NCBI GenBank assembly: GCA_028534125.1
Contig: CM052816.1
Location: forward strand, 39,682,001 to 39,746,000
Direction: 5' to 3'
Source: Lama glama
Taxonomy: Eukaryota
Length of the DNA stretch: 64,000 bases
The notes under the pieces were generated by a model. The model saw only the letters and a list, made by a program, of their open reading frames with translations, ran no database searches and was not told the origin of the DNA. The translations under genes and the position numbers were made by a program. The number at the start of each line of letters is the position of its first letter. Position 1 is the stretch's first letter. Shown here piece after piece: positions 50,771 to 64,000 of this stretch.

Positions 50771-52689
50771 AAATGTAAACACTCTTTTCTCTGACATAAA
50801 TCCTGAAATCAGAAAAAGCTCCATCTGAATATGAAGATGATAACATGAGAAAAGTCTAGCGCTGAAACACTTTGAGAATGTGATTTTATATAAACAAAGT
50901 AGTCTCAGAAAATCTTATTGATCTAAAGGCCCAAATGATGAAAAGTTAATGTTACCCAATTTTTCTGAGAAAGTTTTAAAATTTCTTTCTTTTTTCTAAT
51001 TTGGAGAAAGATACAATGCAAGATATTTCTTTTCCTAAGTTGATCATAATCAACTATGGCGGAGGAACATTGCCATTGGTTAAATGGCAAAGAGCATGGA
51101 AAAGTGTGAACATCTTCCTTATCAAAATTCAGAAACCATCAATAAAAGCTTACTACTAGGATCATGTGGCTTTTAATAACACCCATAAATGTAATGTGTC
51201 ACATTTTAAAGCTTCCTCTACTTCAACTTGTGTTTGATGTTTAGTTCTCTGAGAGGATCTAACCCTGGGCATAGTGGACCATTCTCCCAAAAACCTGTGG
51301 AGTAATGCATGCTTTTCTCACTGGGAAGATAAGGAGCAATTCTATTTTTTTGAATAGTCTCCCCAGCGCGCTGACATCACAGGTCTGTGCCCGCTTCCAT
51401 AAACAGGAGACCATTCCACCTCTGTTGTGCTTATTTTTCTGTCTTTACAATGTTTTCTGAAACTAATGATGACAAAAATAACTTGGGGGAGTAGAAAGAA
51501 AACTTAATTAGTTGAAAGGAAAAACAACACATCAAAGTCTACACCGTGAGCTAAAATGCAAAACAATGTTGTTGTTCTTACCAGAAATCCTTTCTTGGCT
51601 TTCAATATGTGAGAGTGTGGGGGAGATTAATGACCCTGTAGTTGAAAGACCCCAGCAGAAAGTATCTGTAAATAATTTGTTGGTTTCTAGAAAATACACA
51701 GAGAAACTTTTATTAGATGTTCTATTTCGGTAGTAGTATTCCACTTTTTCTTCAGCTCTTTTCTTCCTTTCAGTGTCACTAGGCTTATAATCAATGAGAA
51801 TGTCCTAATCACCTTTCTCTCCAGTGTGGCCTTTACCCCCACAAGCTCTCTGTCTACCGGACTGCTCCAAATGGGACTGCCCGACCAACTGGCTCATTCC
51901 CACAACTGATTTGAAAACCTTCAAGAATTCTATTTTAAGTTCTTTCATCTTGGTTGCAGACATAAAAATATACAAAAATGATTTCAAATGTTAAAAACTA
52001 GGGATCGTTTATCATGTAAATCTGAAGAAATTTCTTTACCCAATCTTTCACTTTAAAATCAGTTCCTTTTTTCCCTCTATATAATCAAGAATTTGAGGGA
52101 CTAGAAGCCTTTCCTATATACACAATGCTGTTTATTGTCATAAAGCCTCCTTGGTATTTAAAGTAAAAATCTGCCTGTTAGCCATGCTTCGTTCATGATA
52201 TACACACTTTGGTTTTATTGCCCTATTTGGGCAGCTGGTGCAATGCAGTTGAATCAGAACTCTGTTTCTTGTCTCCTCCGGATCGGGTCTAACACAAAAT
52301 GAAACATTAAGTCAAAAGGGAAATTTAGTACAATTCTAGATTCAGAACTGGACTTTCCTATGGTGGATTTTGGAGAGATGAGTACAGGTAATTTAAGCAT
52401 GCCAATGCTATCTGTTAGCCAGAACGGAAGCAGATAGACAAAGAAGGTCATGAAGATGGACTTTGATCTTCAATACATATTTCTCAAGGAATACATTTTT
52501 CTCGGGGCAGTTCAGGGCTTGATGCAGATAGACACCTGCTATACCGTCTGCAGTGAAACTGTTGCTGCTTTTCTCCCTGAGAATGGATTCACTTCTTAAC
52601 CAAGGCTGAAGAAATAGATGTAAAAGGCTAAATTAAAAAGGCATCTAATTCATCGCCATTATTTCCCCCCAAAATGTGTGAAATGAATG

Positions 52690-53000
52690 ATAAAGTGTCA
52701 GATTATGAGCAAAGAATTCGGAATGCAAAGATGAATAAGGCACAGCTCTTTCCTTCCAGAATGTGCATTCTGGTGGAGAAGACAAACACTTCCATAACAA
52801 TTTGGGCCCAAATGTGACAAATCCTATGGATAGGGCACAAGCAATGAGAAGTGCTAGGAAGACAGAGATTAATTTTGACTCGAGGTCTGAAAAATTTCCA
52901 GGAGATGGAGATTGAGATAGACCATAAAGAATGAATTCAAGAGGACCTTCTTTGGTGTGAGCATAGAAAGGAAATTCAAGACAAAGGATGCAGGGATAAT
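52690..53000 (-). mobile_element. LINE-2 fragment
   Basis: 'gcaaagatgaataaggcacagctctttccttccagaatgtgcattctggtggagaagacaaac...gagattgagatagaccataaagaatgaa'. Confidence 0.55.
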
Positions 53001-53714
53001 ACTAAAAAGATGTGGGAAACTCTTCTTTATTTTAAACTTAAAAGAATCAGAATTGTATACCTATAAAGGACATTAAAATTCACTTATTTTATCAGTCCTC
53101 AAATCACATTTCTTGTCACTCTAAATGTAAGAGTGTTTCTAGGAGGTGTAGATAAAGTGGAAAATATCTTGCTGCAAAAATTAATTTTCAGTGCCTATGG
53201 TCATTTCTAATTGCTCAATTTTACTGAAAAGGAAATAGCTGCTTAGAAGTGGCATGTCATATCCACTCAGAAATCATTTTGCCTGGAAGACAAGATTCAG
53301 GTGTCTTGACTTGTATTCTAATAAATCTAACAGCCTACTACTACCATATATCGTCTCATCCAGAAGGATTAAGACCAACTTTGAAAAGTAAAAATATAGT
53401 ATCTAAATTGTGACAGTATCATACCTTCATATTTTCTTCAGTAAATTATTTCAACATGATTAATGAGGCTCAACTATATGCTAGGTGCTGTTTCTATGTA
53501 TGAGAAATACAGATGGAAGTAGAGCAGAATCCTATTTGCATGAAGTGTGTCTTCCACCAAAAGAATTTTTAGTAACTTACTACTGTTAATACTTACATTA
53601 TCATCATTATTATCAATGCAAATGGCCCAAATGTGTTTGTAATTGAGAGAAAATATAGAAAAGCCATTAGTACTATCCATTAGTACACAGTTTAGTACTA
53701 ATTTAGTAGACTAT

Positions 53715-53930
53715 ACTGTCTGAATTCTTAATGTTTAAATCTAATCTGTACTCATTGCTGAATGATCACATGTAAATTACTTAACCTCTGTATGCCTCAA
53801 TTTTCTCATTTGTAAAATTGGATAACTATGATGTTGAGTTCATACTGTTGTTTTGAAGGGTTAAATGAGATAATACATGTAAACAGCTTAGAACACTGAA
53901 ATGTACCTAGGCTTCAATATTTTATCATTG
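53715..53930 (+). mobile_element. MIR SINE
   Basis: 'aaattacttaacctctgtatgcctcaattttctcatttgtaaaattggataa...ttaaatgagataatacatgtaaacagcttagaaca'. Confidence 0.8.
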
Positions 53931-53994
53931 TTAAAAAAATTTTTTGTTGCTATACTGCACTGCCATATGCCTTTTCTAGTCTTTATATCTAACT

Positions 53995-56900
53995 TCTTTA
54001 TTCAGTTAAAATTGACACATAAAAACCACACATATTTAAAGTGTACAATTTGATAAGTTTTGTGATAAGTATACATCAATAGAATCTTTCACTACAATAA
54101 GATAATGAACACCCCCTAAAAGTTTCCTCTTATCCCTTTATAAACCCTCCTTCCTTTCCTCCCATCCCCTGCTTGTTCCTAGGCAATCACTAGAGATTAC
54201 ATTTGCATTTTCTGAGGTTTTCTTTTCTGTCTGACTTCTTTCACTCAGCATAATTATATTGAGCTTCATTTACGTTGTTGCATGTGGCAGTTTGTTCCTT
54301 TATACTGCTAGAAGTATTCCATTGTACCAATTATGCCATAATTTGTTTATCCATACACCTGTTGCTAGCCAATTATGTTGTTTCCAGATCTTAGCTAATG
54401 CAAATAAAGCTACAATGAACCTTTATGTACTAGTCTTTGTAAGTACATAATGATATTGAACAACTTTTTATGTGCTTATATGCCATCCATATATTTTCTT
54501 TTATCAAGTGTCTTTATGAAGTGTCTGATCTAAACTTTTGTTCATTTTTATTGAGTTTTTTCTTATTGTTCAGTTTTGGGAGTTCTTTATATATTCTCAA
54601 TACAATTTCTCTATAATTTGCAAATCATTTTCCCAGTCTGTGGCTTCTCTTTCCATTTTCTTGAGTGTCTTTCAAAGAGCAGGCATTTTTAGTTTTGATG
54701 TAGTCCAATTTATTAATATTCTTCCTCTCTGAAATATAATTTTCATGTCAGATCTAAGAAACCCAGGGTCATAAATAACTTCTCTACACTCTTTTCCCTG
54801 ATATTTTTGAGTTTTAGGTTATACATTTAGGTCTATGATTCATCTTGAGTTATTCTTTCCTCTGTGATTTAAAGTATAGATAAAATTTCACCTTTTTTTT
54901 TTTTTTGCACACAGACATCCTCTTTTTCAACCTCCATTTGTTGAAAAGACTACTCTTTCTACTCCACTGAATTGTATTTGCACATTCATAAGAATCAGTT
55001 ATCCTTTTCTGTTTGGTTCTATTTCTGGACTTACTATTCTGTTCCATTAGACCAAAACAATGCTGTTGTAAAACTAAAGCTTTATAAGGTCTTGAAATCA
55101 GGTACCATTAATCCTCTCTCTTTGTATTTCTTTCAAAATTGCTTTGTATATTTTGGGCTCTTTAAATTTCCATATGAAATTTAGAATCAGCTTGACAATT
55201 TTTATAAAAGAAAAAAGACCCTGCTGGGATTATGATTTGTTTAGGCAGAATCTATAGATTAATATGGAGAGAATTTATGTGTCATAACCATATCAAGTGT
55301 CTGATTCATGACCACAGTGTATCTTTCCATTAATTTAGACGTTCTTTGATTTTTCACAAAAAATGTCTTTAGTGTTCATAATACTGGTCTTACACATATT
55401 TCATCCAATTTATCCTTAAGTACTTCACGTTGTGTGGTACCATAGTATTTGGAATATATGGCGTATTTTTATTTTGATTTCTGATTATATTGCTAGTTTA
55501 GAGAAATACGTTGGTACTTTTGTATACTGATCTGGTACTATGTAGACTTGCTAAACGCACAATTCCAGTAGCTTTTTGGAGAGTTTTGCAGAATTTTCTA
55601 CACAGATGATAGTCTTCTAGAAATAAAGAGTTTCATAACTTCTTTTCCAATGTAGATAACTTTTATTGCCTTTCCTTGGCTTATGTCACTGCCCAAAAGC
55701 TCAAGAAAACGTTGCATAGAAATGAGGATCTTAGGAGGAACGTATTCGGTGTTTCACAACTAAGTTTGCTGTTAGCACAAGGTTTTTCATAGATTCACAT
55801 TATAGAAATGAGGAAGTTCCCTTCTTATTCACAGGTCACTGAGTTTTATTCAGACTGGCATTTAGATTTTGTCAAATGCTTTTTATACAGCTATTACTAT
55901 GATCATATGTTTTCTATTTTTCTTCTTAGTGTTAACAAGGTGGGTTATATCAGTTGATTTCTGAAGCCAGCCTTAAATTCCTCAGATAAATTCTGTCTAT
56001 ACACTGTTAGATTTGGTTTAACTAAATTTTGTTATGGATTTTTGTATCTACATCCATAAGAATACTGTTCAGCAGTTTTCTTGTAATGACTATGATTGGA
56101 AAATATTTCCTCTTTGTTAAATTTGTAGAAAAGTTTGTGTAGTATTGGTACTAGTTATTTCTTAAGGATTTGATAGAATTCATTAGTGAAGCCATCTGTG
56201 ACTGGAGTCTGGTTCTCTTTTGCTCATTTTTCAAATCTTCAGTGACCTTTAATCAGCATTGCCAAAGAATGTGTCCATTTCATCTACACTGTCAAATTAT
56301 TGCTATAAATTCATTCATAATATTCCGTTCATCCTTTTAAAGTCTGCAGAATCTCTACTGATGTCACAGATCTCGTTTCTGGCATTGGTAATTTCTGTCT
56401 TCTTTTTTTTTTCTTGATCTGACAACCTGCAGATTTATCAATTTTACAATCTCAAAAACTCAGACACCACTATTAAGCTACATTGATCTTTTCTATTGAT
56501 TTTGTATTATCTATTATTTTGTTTTTCACTTTAACAATTACTATGTTCTTTTACCTTTTATTTGGGGTTTCATTTATTCTTCATTTGTTAGTGTCTTAAG
56601 GTCACTTAAGATCACTGATTCGAGAACTTTCTTCTTTCCTAATAAAGTCACTACTGCTATAAGTTTCTTCTTTACTACTGCTTCAGTGGGCTTTTGCAAA
56701 TTATGATTTTCTTTTCATTCTCATTCGGTTGAAATTATTTTGTAATTTTCCTCTTTGTTCCTTTTTGGCCTTTGGGCTACTTAGAAATGTGTTACTACAT
56801 TTTCAAATATTTGTGTATATTATACGTATTTTTCTTTTATTCATTTCTAATTTAATTCAATTGTGGTCACAGAACACACTTTGTATGATCTGAATCATTT

Positions 56901-57065
56901 TAGATTAATTGCAACTCGTTTTATTGTCTATCCTGGTAAACGTTCCATTGTGCTTAGAAAAGAATGTGTATTCTGCTGTTGTTTGGTGGTCTGTTCTGTA
57001 AAAATCAATTAGCTAAAGCGGATTGGGTTATTCAGATATTTATATCCTATTGATTTTTTCTTTAT
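53995..57065 (-). mobile_element. Ancient L1 (L1MB/MC-like), about 3 kb of 3'UTR and ORF2 with deletions
   Basis: 'catatttaaagtgtacaatttgataagttt', 'tttccatatgaaatttagaatcagcttg', 'atagaattcattagtgaagccatctg', 'gaaaagaatgtgtattctgctgttgttt'. Confidence 0.85.
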
Positions 57066-58029
57066 TTGTCCTACATTTTTGTGAGGGATATTTAAATTTC
57101 AAAATAAAGTTGGGTACTGGCCTGTTTCTCCGTGTACTGGTACACTCCTCCTCTTACCTCCTCCTCTATGGTCAGGCCCACGTTGAGAAAAGTAACAATT
57201 TAAAAGCTTATTTCTGAGAAGCTTATTTCTGAGTGTTTCTGAGTTTATCAGCAAAACATTTTCAGTAGCTATTTTGTCTGTTCAAGGAGCAAATCATGTT
57301 TTACTTAGCAAATGATCATCTCAGTCAAACAGTTGGGCTAAACTCTATGAAGATAAAATCATAGTTTTAATTGATTGAGTGGACAATTACATCTGTTGAA
57401 ATGTTTGATCCAGAGTTATCCAATCTCAAATTCTTACTTTAAGATATCCTTGACAATTTTTTATAAATAATATATTATGTAGACAGATAAGATATAGATA
57501 TAAGGTTTTATAAAATTATATAGAAATATATGAGTACATATGAAATTAATTTCATCTTCACAATGTGAGAGAATTCTCTTATTAGGTAATCTTTAGACAT
57601 GAAGTTTTCTTCAATTGGTAACTCTCATGAGAGAAGTCTTTCATCATTATCTTTTTAAAGATGGATAATGTAGCTATTTCAAGAGAAACATTCTGTCATA
57701 TCACTAAGAACTGCATTTCCTCAGTATAATGAGCATTTTAGTTTGGTCTATGGATCATTACTTCTTTCTTGGTATTGTTAGAATTCTAGTGTTTTGAAAT
57801 GTGGCTATCATGCAGCAGATTTATCTGTTTTATGAAATGCCCTGGAGAATGACTTTTCTATTTTCTTCCTTGAGTCTCCTGGAAAATTACTTCTTTCCCT
57901 GGATTTCTAGAGTACCTAGAATTTTATTTAACTTTGGAATAATGGATAACACTTCTGCCATTCTATCTCATTGATGTACATGAAAAAAGGTAGTTTCTCA
58001 GGATTACAGAAATTTCTTGTTCTTTTCAT

Positions 58030-58400
58030 GCTGCAGTGGACATGGCAGAGTAGACTGCTGGCTTTCTGTCTAATACATTTTCTCCTTATCCCCTAATGAG
58101 AACCCTGATTTGTCTAATCCTAATATGCCCAACATAAAAAAATCTGCATTTCCCATTCTCCCTTCATCCTTTAAGCATTTTCTCCTTTCTGCACAAAATT
58201 CAAACATGATGTCTGGTGACAAAGCAGTCATCCTATATCCATAAGGAATTAACCAAGTGCATGGCTGAGACTTTAGATCTGATGTCTTCAGTTCTCTGAA
58301 ATAATGCCACTAGCTGCCTGATCTATATTTCTACTTGAAAATAGCAACACAGTGTTTTCTTTTCATATCATTACTTAGCTTTTCTTTACATGCAACTGAA
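58030..58400 (+). mobile_element. Old MaLR LTR fragment (MLT1J/K-like)
   Basis: 'atgagaaccctgatttgtct', 'ctgcatttcccattctccctt', 'gcagtcatcctatatccataagg', 'ttacatgcaactgaa'. Confidence 0.45.
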
Positions 58401-59864
58401 TTAGCATTTCACGACTATGGCAGATACTACAAAGGTTCCTATTACAGTGGTTCTGTATGACCTATCACATATTTTATATTGGATATTTCGACTGCTGCCA
58501 TTCTTGGCTATCCTAAGTTAAGTTTTAAAGCGATTTTTAGGTTCATATAACTTAAGAAGTCAAGAGAAAGATAAGCAGTTTGGCTGGATACATCAAGGCT
58601 CTGCCTGTGTTGCTCTGAAATACTTTGTGTGAATTTCATCTTCAGGCTGACATCTAGAAAACAGCCATTATTCTAGGCTGTACATATTCACACCCAGTTT
58701 CCAAAAGAAAGGAGAAAAATCCCTTCCAATGCTTTCCTCAAAAGAGAGAAGGGAAAGCCCTCAGTAAACCTTCCGCAGTACTAATGTATGCAGTCAGAGG
58801 GTTACTGAGCACTGTCTGGATTACTTATACTGGCGAGCTCAGATGAGTGGGTTTAAACTTATGATGAACCTCATCAGGCAAAACTAGATATTTACTTTGT
58901 GACTCATTAGGCACGTGTGTCTGCAGACACATACACAACGTAAACGTTATGTTGCTAAAACAAATGTTTCAGATAACAAAATGCCCACGTTTTATTTTAT
59001 TTAAATGTTGGCTACAACACTATAAATTGATTTGATAACCTACGAGTAGGTCACAACTTCTGCTTGTAAAATGAATAAGAATTCAACCAATGCCTAACCA
59101 TCTGGTCAATATCGCTCACTGCATCATGATATACAGTGAAATAGACTGGGGGAAGTGTTACAGGTGCAGCCACAATGGTCTCCAACACCCTCAAAATCAC
59201 AAACACATACGTTTTTCTTTACTGATTCTTAGGACTCTCATGGGACAAACTATGGGACACTCCTCCTATCACAGGAGGGGAAAAAGTCTTTTCTAGGGAA
59301 AGGAAGCTGGTGGGTTATTTTAATTCAATGCCTGCAATTTGTAGAAATATCCATGATAATACGCCTGCCAGAAGTTTTACGTCCATTACATGCATACTGA
59401 CTCAAATCAGAATCTATTAAATTTTAGAAATTCAGTATAAAAATAAGAAGAGTCTGCTACACATCTTAAAATTTAGTCTTATTTCTTTAGAAGCTTATTG
59501 ATTTTCCTACATGTAATAACAGAAAGACAGAAACTTGTGTGCTTGCCTCTTTAAGTCTGGAAAGGTTATGTCACGGAGAGGCACTGAATACAGGTCAGTA
59601 AGTTGCAGACAGTTACTGAGGCAACTTTGACTAGAAATTTATGATAATAGAACTTTTTTTATTTTCCTATCTCTAAGCTAAAATAAATTTATTTGTTGTG
59701 TTTACTCTGGTAGCATTTTCATAAAATTTGCTAAGCAACAAAAACTTAAGAGTTGAGCTCATTACTTCAATAAATAGTCACAATGTTAGAGATCATTTCT
59801 TTAACCATTTAACACTTTTTTTGGCCTATTTTACATACGAGGCAGTGTGTTCTTTGTTTTGTGT

Positions 59865-60545
59865 AGCAATAGGATAAGCTTGGTTACACTGTGGTAACAA
59901 ACAACGCTACAACTTCAACAGAAACTTATTTTTCTCTCATGCTGCATCATTACTGCCTGTTTGTTAGAACTCGGCTCCCTGTTTGTCTTATTCTGGGATT
60001 AGGCTGGCTCTCTGGAATACTGCAAGCTGTTACTGTAGAAAGAAAGACACTGTGGCAAGTCATGCACTGACTCTTAAGGCTTTACTCCAAAGTAGTAACT
60101 AAATCTTCCATTTATGTTTTTAAAATAAAAAAAAATTACACAATTTTTAAAGGTTACTTTCCACTTAAAGTTATTACAAAATATTGGCTATATTCCCCAT
60201 GTTGTACAATATATGCTTCTAGCTTAATCTATACCTAACAGTTTGTACTTCTTACTCTGTTACCCCTGCACTGCCCCTCCGCCCCACCACTGGTAGCCAC
60301 GAGTGTGTTCTCTGCATCTATGAGTCTGCTTCTTTTTTATTACATTCACTAGTTTGTTGTATTTTTTACATTCCACATATAAGTGATATCATACAGCATT
60401 TGTCTTTCTCTGTCTGACTTATTTCACTTAGCAAAATGTTGACAAAGTCACAAGACCTTAATTCCAAGGGTCATTGAGAGCTACCCTACCATGAATCCAT
60501 AAGGAAAATTGGAAATGCTTGGTAAGCTGTACTAATGTCCACTTC
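59865..60545 (-). mobile_element. Old MaLR LTR (MLT1K/L-like) interrupted by an L1 3' end
   Basis: 'aggataagcttggttacactgtggtaacaaacaac...acttatttttctctcatgctgcat'; resumes at 'acaaagtcacaagaccttaattccaaggg'. Confidence 0.5.
60125..60438 (-). mobile_element. Short 5'-truncated laurasiatherian-type L1 3' end
   Basis: 'ttattacaaaatattggctatattccccatgttgtacaatata...ttccacatataagtgatatcatacagcatttgtctttctctgtctgacttatttcacttagca'. Confidence 0.8.
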
Positions 60546-60929
60546 TTGTTTTTAAGGAAAAAATGGATGTATGTATATACTGCAAAAACAGATATATATG
60601 ATCCTTGTAGTAACAGACTCACAGAACATTTGGGACAATAAATAAGTTATTCTGAATAGGATGATTTCAGAAGGCTCCATAAATACAGCATTTAAAATGG
60701 ACCTGCAAAGACAGGAAGTATCTGCAGAGATATATGAGCCATCTGTGCTAAAGAAAGCCAAATGGAAGACAAACTAAACTGTGTGAAGTCAAATGACGAC
60801 AGTTAAGATGAAGGTCAAAGGCATAAAGAGGAAGAATAACATGTGAGATCGACAGCATTTGGTCAATAGTAGATGGGGAAGTAAGCAGGCGGCAAGAATT
60901 TCATTGACAAAATTTTGGATATAGCTTAG

Positions 60930-61195
60930 AGAAGTGCTTCAGAAATGGTGTTGTATGAAACTCTAGTTTGGTAACATGGTAACTGTTACACTAGGAAAAA
61001 AATTACCCAGAGTCAAATGACACTGGGAAATATTGCACCTAAGCTGCTCTCCCTTGTAACTACACCATAAATATCTGTCCATTAAGTTAATGGGAATTCT
61101 TACAATAAAAAAATGTTTAACTCAACATTCTCAACTTGATAAGCTTTTTTGTGGGTAAACCACATTTACTAATAGCCCATATACACAATGAAAAC
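60930..61195. mobile_element. Probable hAT-Charlie MITE fragment
   Basis: 'agtgcttcagaaatggtgttgtatgaaactctag...gtcaaatgacactgggaaatattgc'; architecture similar to 39611-39716. Confidence 0.3.
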
Positions 61196-63654
61196 AATTA
61201 GATGTCCTAATTTAGCACTAAGTATGAGTTAGGCTTCCTGCTCTGTGACTAGGAATAGTTTGCTTAATAGAGTCACACAAAGGAAGCATCAATTTCCAAG
61301 GGGGAAAGATGAACACTAAATATGTGTGGACTATATGTCTTTATTAATTCATAAGTCACTTCAGGATATTGCAAACATAATCTATTCTTGTTGTCATACA
61401 TATAACATACATACATATAAATTACATATACATAAGCTTTACATATACTGGCTCAAAATGGGTAACAATTGACACAAATTAATGATTCATTTATTCATGA
61501 AAAGATTAAACTTACCATAAATTCATGAGAAAATCTCTAAATTAGCCAATTCAACTATATCTAAATAATTTCTTCCATCACCCAAAACTTCTTATATACA
61601 GATTTCATTGGACTTTCATCAGTTACTACTTTTTACTTATTAGTCGATGTTCAGGTTGCATCAACTAATGTCCAGCTGAATTTATAATTCCTTGTGGTCA
61701 TGAACTGAGCCTCCATGCTTCAGTATCCCATTAGACATGCATGCTGGCACTGACAATTCTCACCTTGGCAACGTAGCCAAAGGAGGACAGTAAGACTGGG
61801 TAGATTGAAGCATCCTTCTGCTCATCACCTTCCCTTCCCCTCTGTCCTGCACTAGCATGTGTGTTTTATTTTATTCTTATCTTTCATTTTATAATTTTAA
61901 TTACCGATGGAATTTTTATGATACACTAAAGAATACTGTGACTGGGTATAAATGACTCCTGGAGGAAAAGCATCAAATATTATTGTTATATAAAGTGATA
62001 CAGTGATAAAGAATCTATCAGTGCATCTGAAAAACTGTGTTGGGTACCAGAAGATAATGTTTTTCTTTTTCGTACCTTGTAGCATGTAATACTCCTGTAA
62101 GCCAAGTATTTGTCTGACTCTAACCCAATAAAATATAGTCCATATAAAAAAACTAAAAAGTTATTTAGGAAACAACATGTGTGCATACACATATCATCAA
62201 TATTCTCCATGACATATACTATGTGGTAACATCTTTCCATTTGTGCAAGTATTAGACATATATAATAAAATGTGTTAAAATATATAAAATAAAATAAAAT
62301 CTGTAATAGAATAAAATTAAAATATATGATACATATCACATAAGGCTATAAATTAAAGCATACTCACTTGAAATTAAAATGTTGAGATCTGAAATACAAT
62401 GCATTGCATCAAAAAGATGCCAGTTTTGAGCAGCTAATTAGCCTTCTAATTTGGAACATACTGTAATTGGGTCGCCTCTATTATGAGAGTTGGAATTGAA
62501 AACAAGTGTGTATTCCTTACATTTATATTACTAAATTGTCACACATAATTGTTTTTTTTTAATTTCTGCAGGTAATTGACTTGTAATTTTTATGTTATTG
62601 CCACATATTTCTGCCATGGAGTCTCTTTATAATCCATATCCACTGCAAATTCTTCATTTCAAGGACTACAGAATGTGTAACAACATGAACTCACTCATAC
62701 AGCTTCATGGAAATAGCATCGTCTAGAAAGGAGTCACTTTGTATGTCAACTAATAAAACATTTAGAACACTTTCTTATGGTCCACAATCCTGATTTTTTT
62801 TATTATAAACGCACTATAAAATGGAATATGTGGAAATAAAAAGAGAGAATATGTAATCACTAATTTCTTAAGACATTTATGTATTTTTACATTGATATAT
62901 CTATAATTTGCATGGATTTATATTTTTTTAACTATATTAACAATTTTAAGGAACTAAGGGGTCTGAGAGATGAATATTTATTCTTTGAGGGCCATAAGTG
63001 AGAAAATAAAAGCTGAACTTGTGGATCTACTAAGCAGCAGATAGAATGTAATTTATAATTATGTTTTTTTAGTAATATAGAAAAGGTGAGATTTGGTTGG
63101 TTATGCTATCAAATTACAGATAAGGGCAATTATTTAATGCTGAAATATTTGACTAACAATGGATAAATGAGAGCCTGGAAAAGGAATTATCTAGAAAGGA
63201 AGTATGGGTTAAGATAGGGAAGGTATACTGCAGAAAAAAACCCACATTAGCTTAATTCTTACAAAAGCATTAACTTTTCTCACTTACCCAAATATCCCAT
63301 GTTTGGTTGGTTCAGTTCCACAGAATCAAGAACGATCCAGGATAATGGAGGCTGCACTGTCTTCTGTCAATTCACTCTCTATAACGATGAGGTCCCTTTG
63401 GTCCCTGCAAGGAAAGAGGTAGAGATTCTCATAATTAAAAGATTTAGCCTAGAGGTAATCACTCAACTTACACCACTATGACAAAAATAAATTGTACTGC
63501 TCTATCTTACTGAAAATTTGTTAGAAAATTTAGTTTTCTCTGTGAGCCCACAAGGAGATCAGATGGTTCTAAGGACTACTTCTGTCTACCACAGACGAAT
63601 GGTCATATTTCCACCATTTCAGCTGACTAAATATGATAACTCTACTAATTAGAA

Positions 63655-64000
63655 TTGTTTCTTCAGTGCCTTCATCTCTCCAAAAATCTTGTTCATGTAG
63701 AACCTCAAAATCTGACTTATTTGGAAATTGGGTCTTTACAGATGTTATTAGTTAAGATGATGTCATACTGAATTAGGGTGGGCTGTAAATCCAAAGACTG
63801 CTATCTTTATAAGAGGAGGGGATGCCCAGAGATGCACAGAGAAGAAGGTCATGTGAAGTTGTAGGCAGAGTGGAGAGAGAGAGCTACAAGCGGATGGTTA
63901 CCCACAACCATGTGGGACCTAGGAGGAGGCAAGGAAGGGTTCTTCCCCTGAGACTTTCAAGGGAACACAATCCTGATGACACCTTGATTTTGGACTTCCA
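63655..64000 (+). mobile_element. MaLR LTR, MLT1B-like, runs off the right edge
   Basis: 'gacttatttggaaattgggtctttacagatgttattagttaagatgatgtcatactgaattagggtggg...gacaccttgattttggacttcca'. Confidence 0.85.

Overview
AT-rich, CpG-depleted placental-mammal genomic DNA, either intergenic or deep within an intron. I found no protein-coding exon, RNA gene or CRISPR array. Apart from LINE-1 ORF1/ORF2 relics, the ORF track looks like noise. Much of the window is interspersed repeat: old L1M, L2 and MIR fragments, MaLR (MLT1) and ERV1/ERVL-type solo LTRs, probable hAT MITE fragments, and several younger lineage-specific L1 insertions. The young L1 3' ends look cetartiodactyl, and I recognised no Alu, Bov-A/tA, BovB, CHR, PRE-1, ERE or Can SINEs, which suggests a camelid genome (inference). 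The four most notable structures are: (1) a TSD-flanked ~3 kb L1 (39730-42771, minus) that keeps its whole 5'UTR, ORF1 and 3' end but lacks almost all of ORF2, with a splice-compatible junction; (2) a twin-primed 5'-inverted L1 with a perfect 15-bp TSD (22708-23596); (3) a ~245-bp local duplication of part of an ancient L1, 11.7 kb from its source (42821-43068 vs 54513-54756); (4) an isolated, well-preserved L1 endonuclease fragment with no poly(A) or TSD (35836-36101). I cannot support a new gene system here. Repeat family names come from motif recognition by eye, and boundaries of old repeats are approximate.
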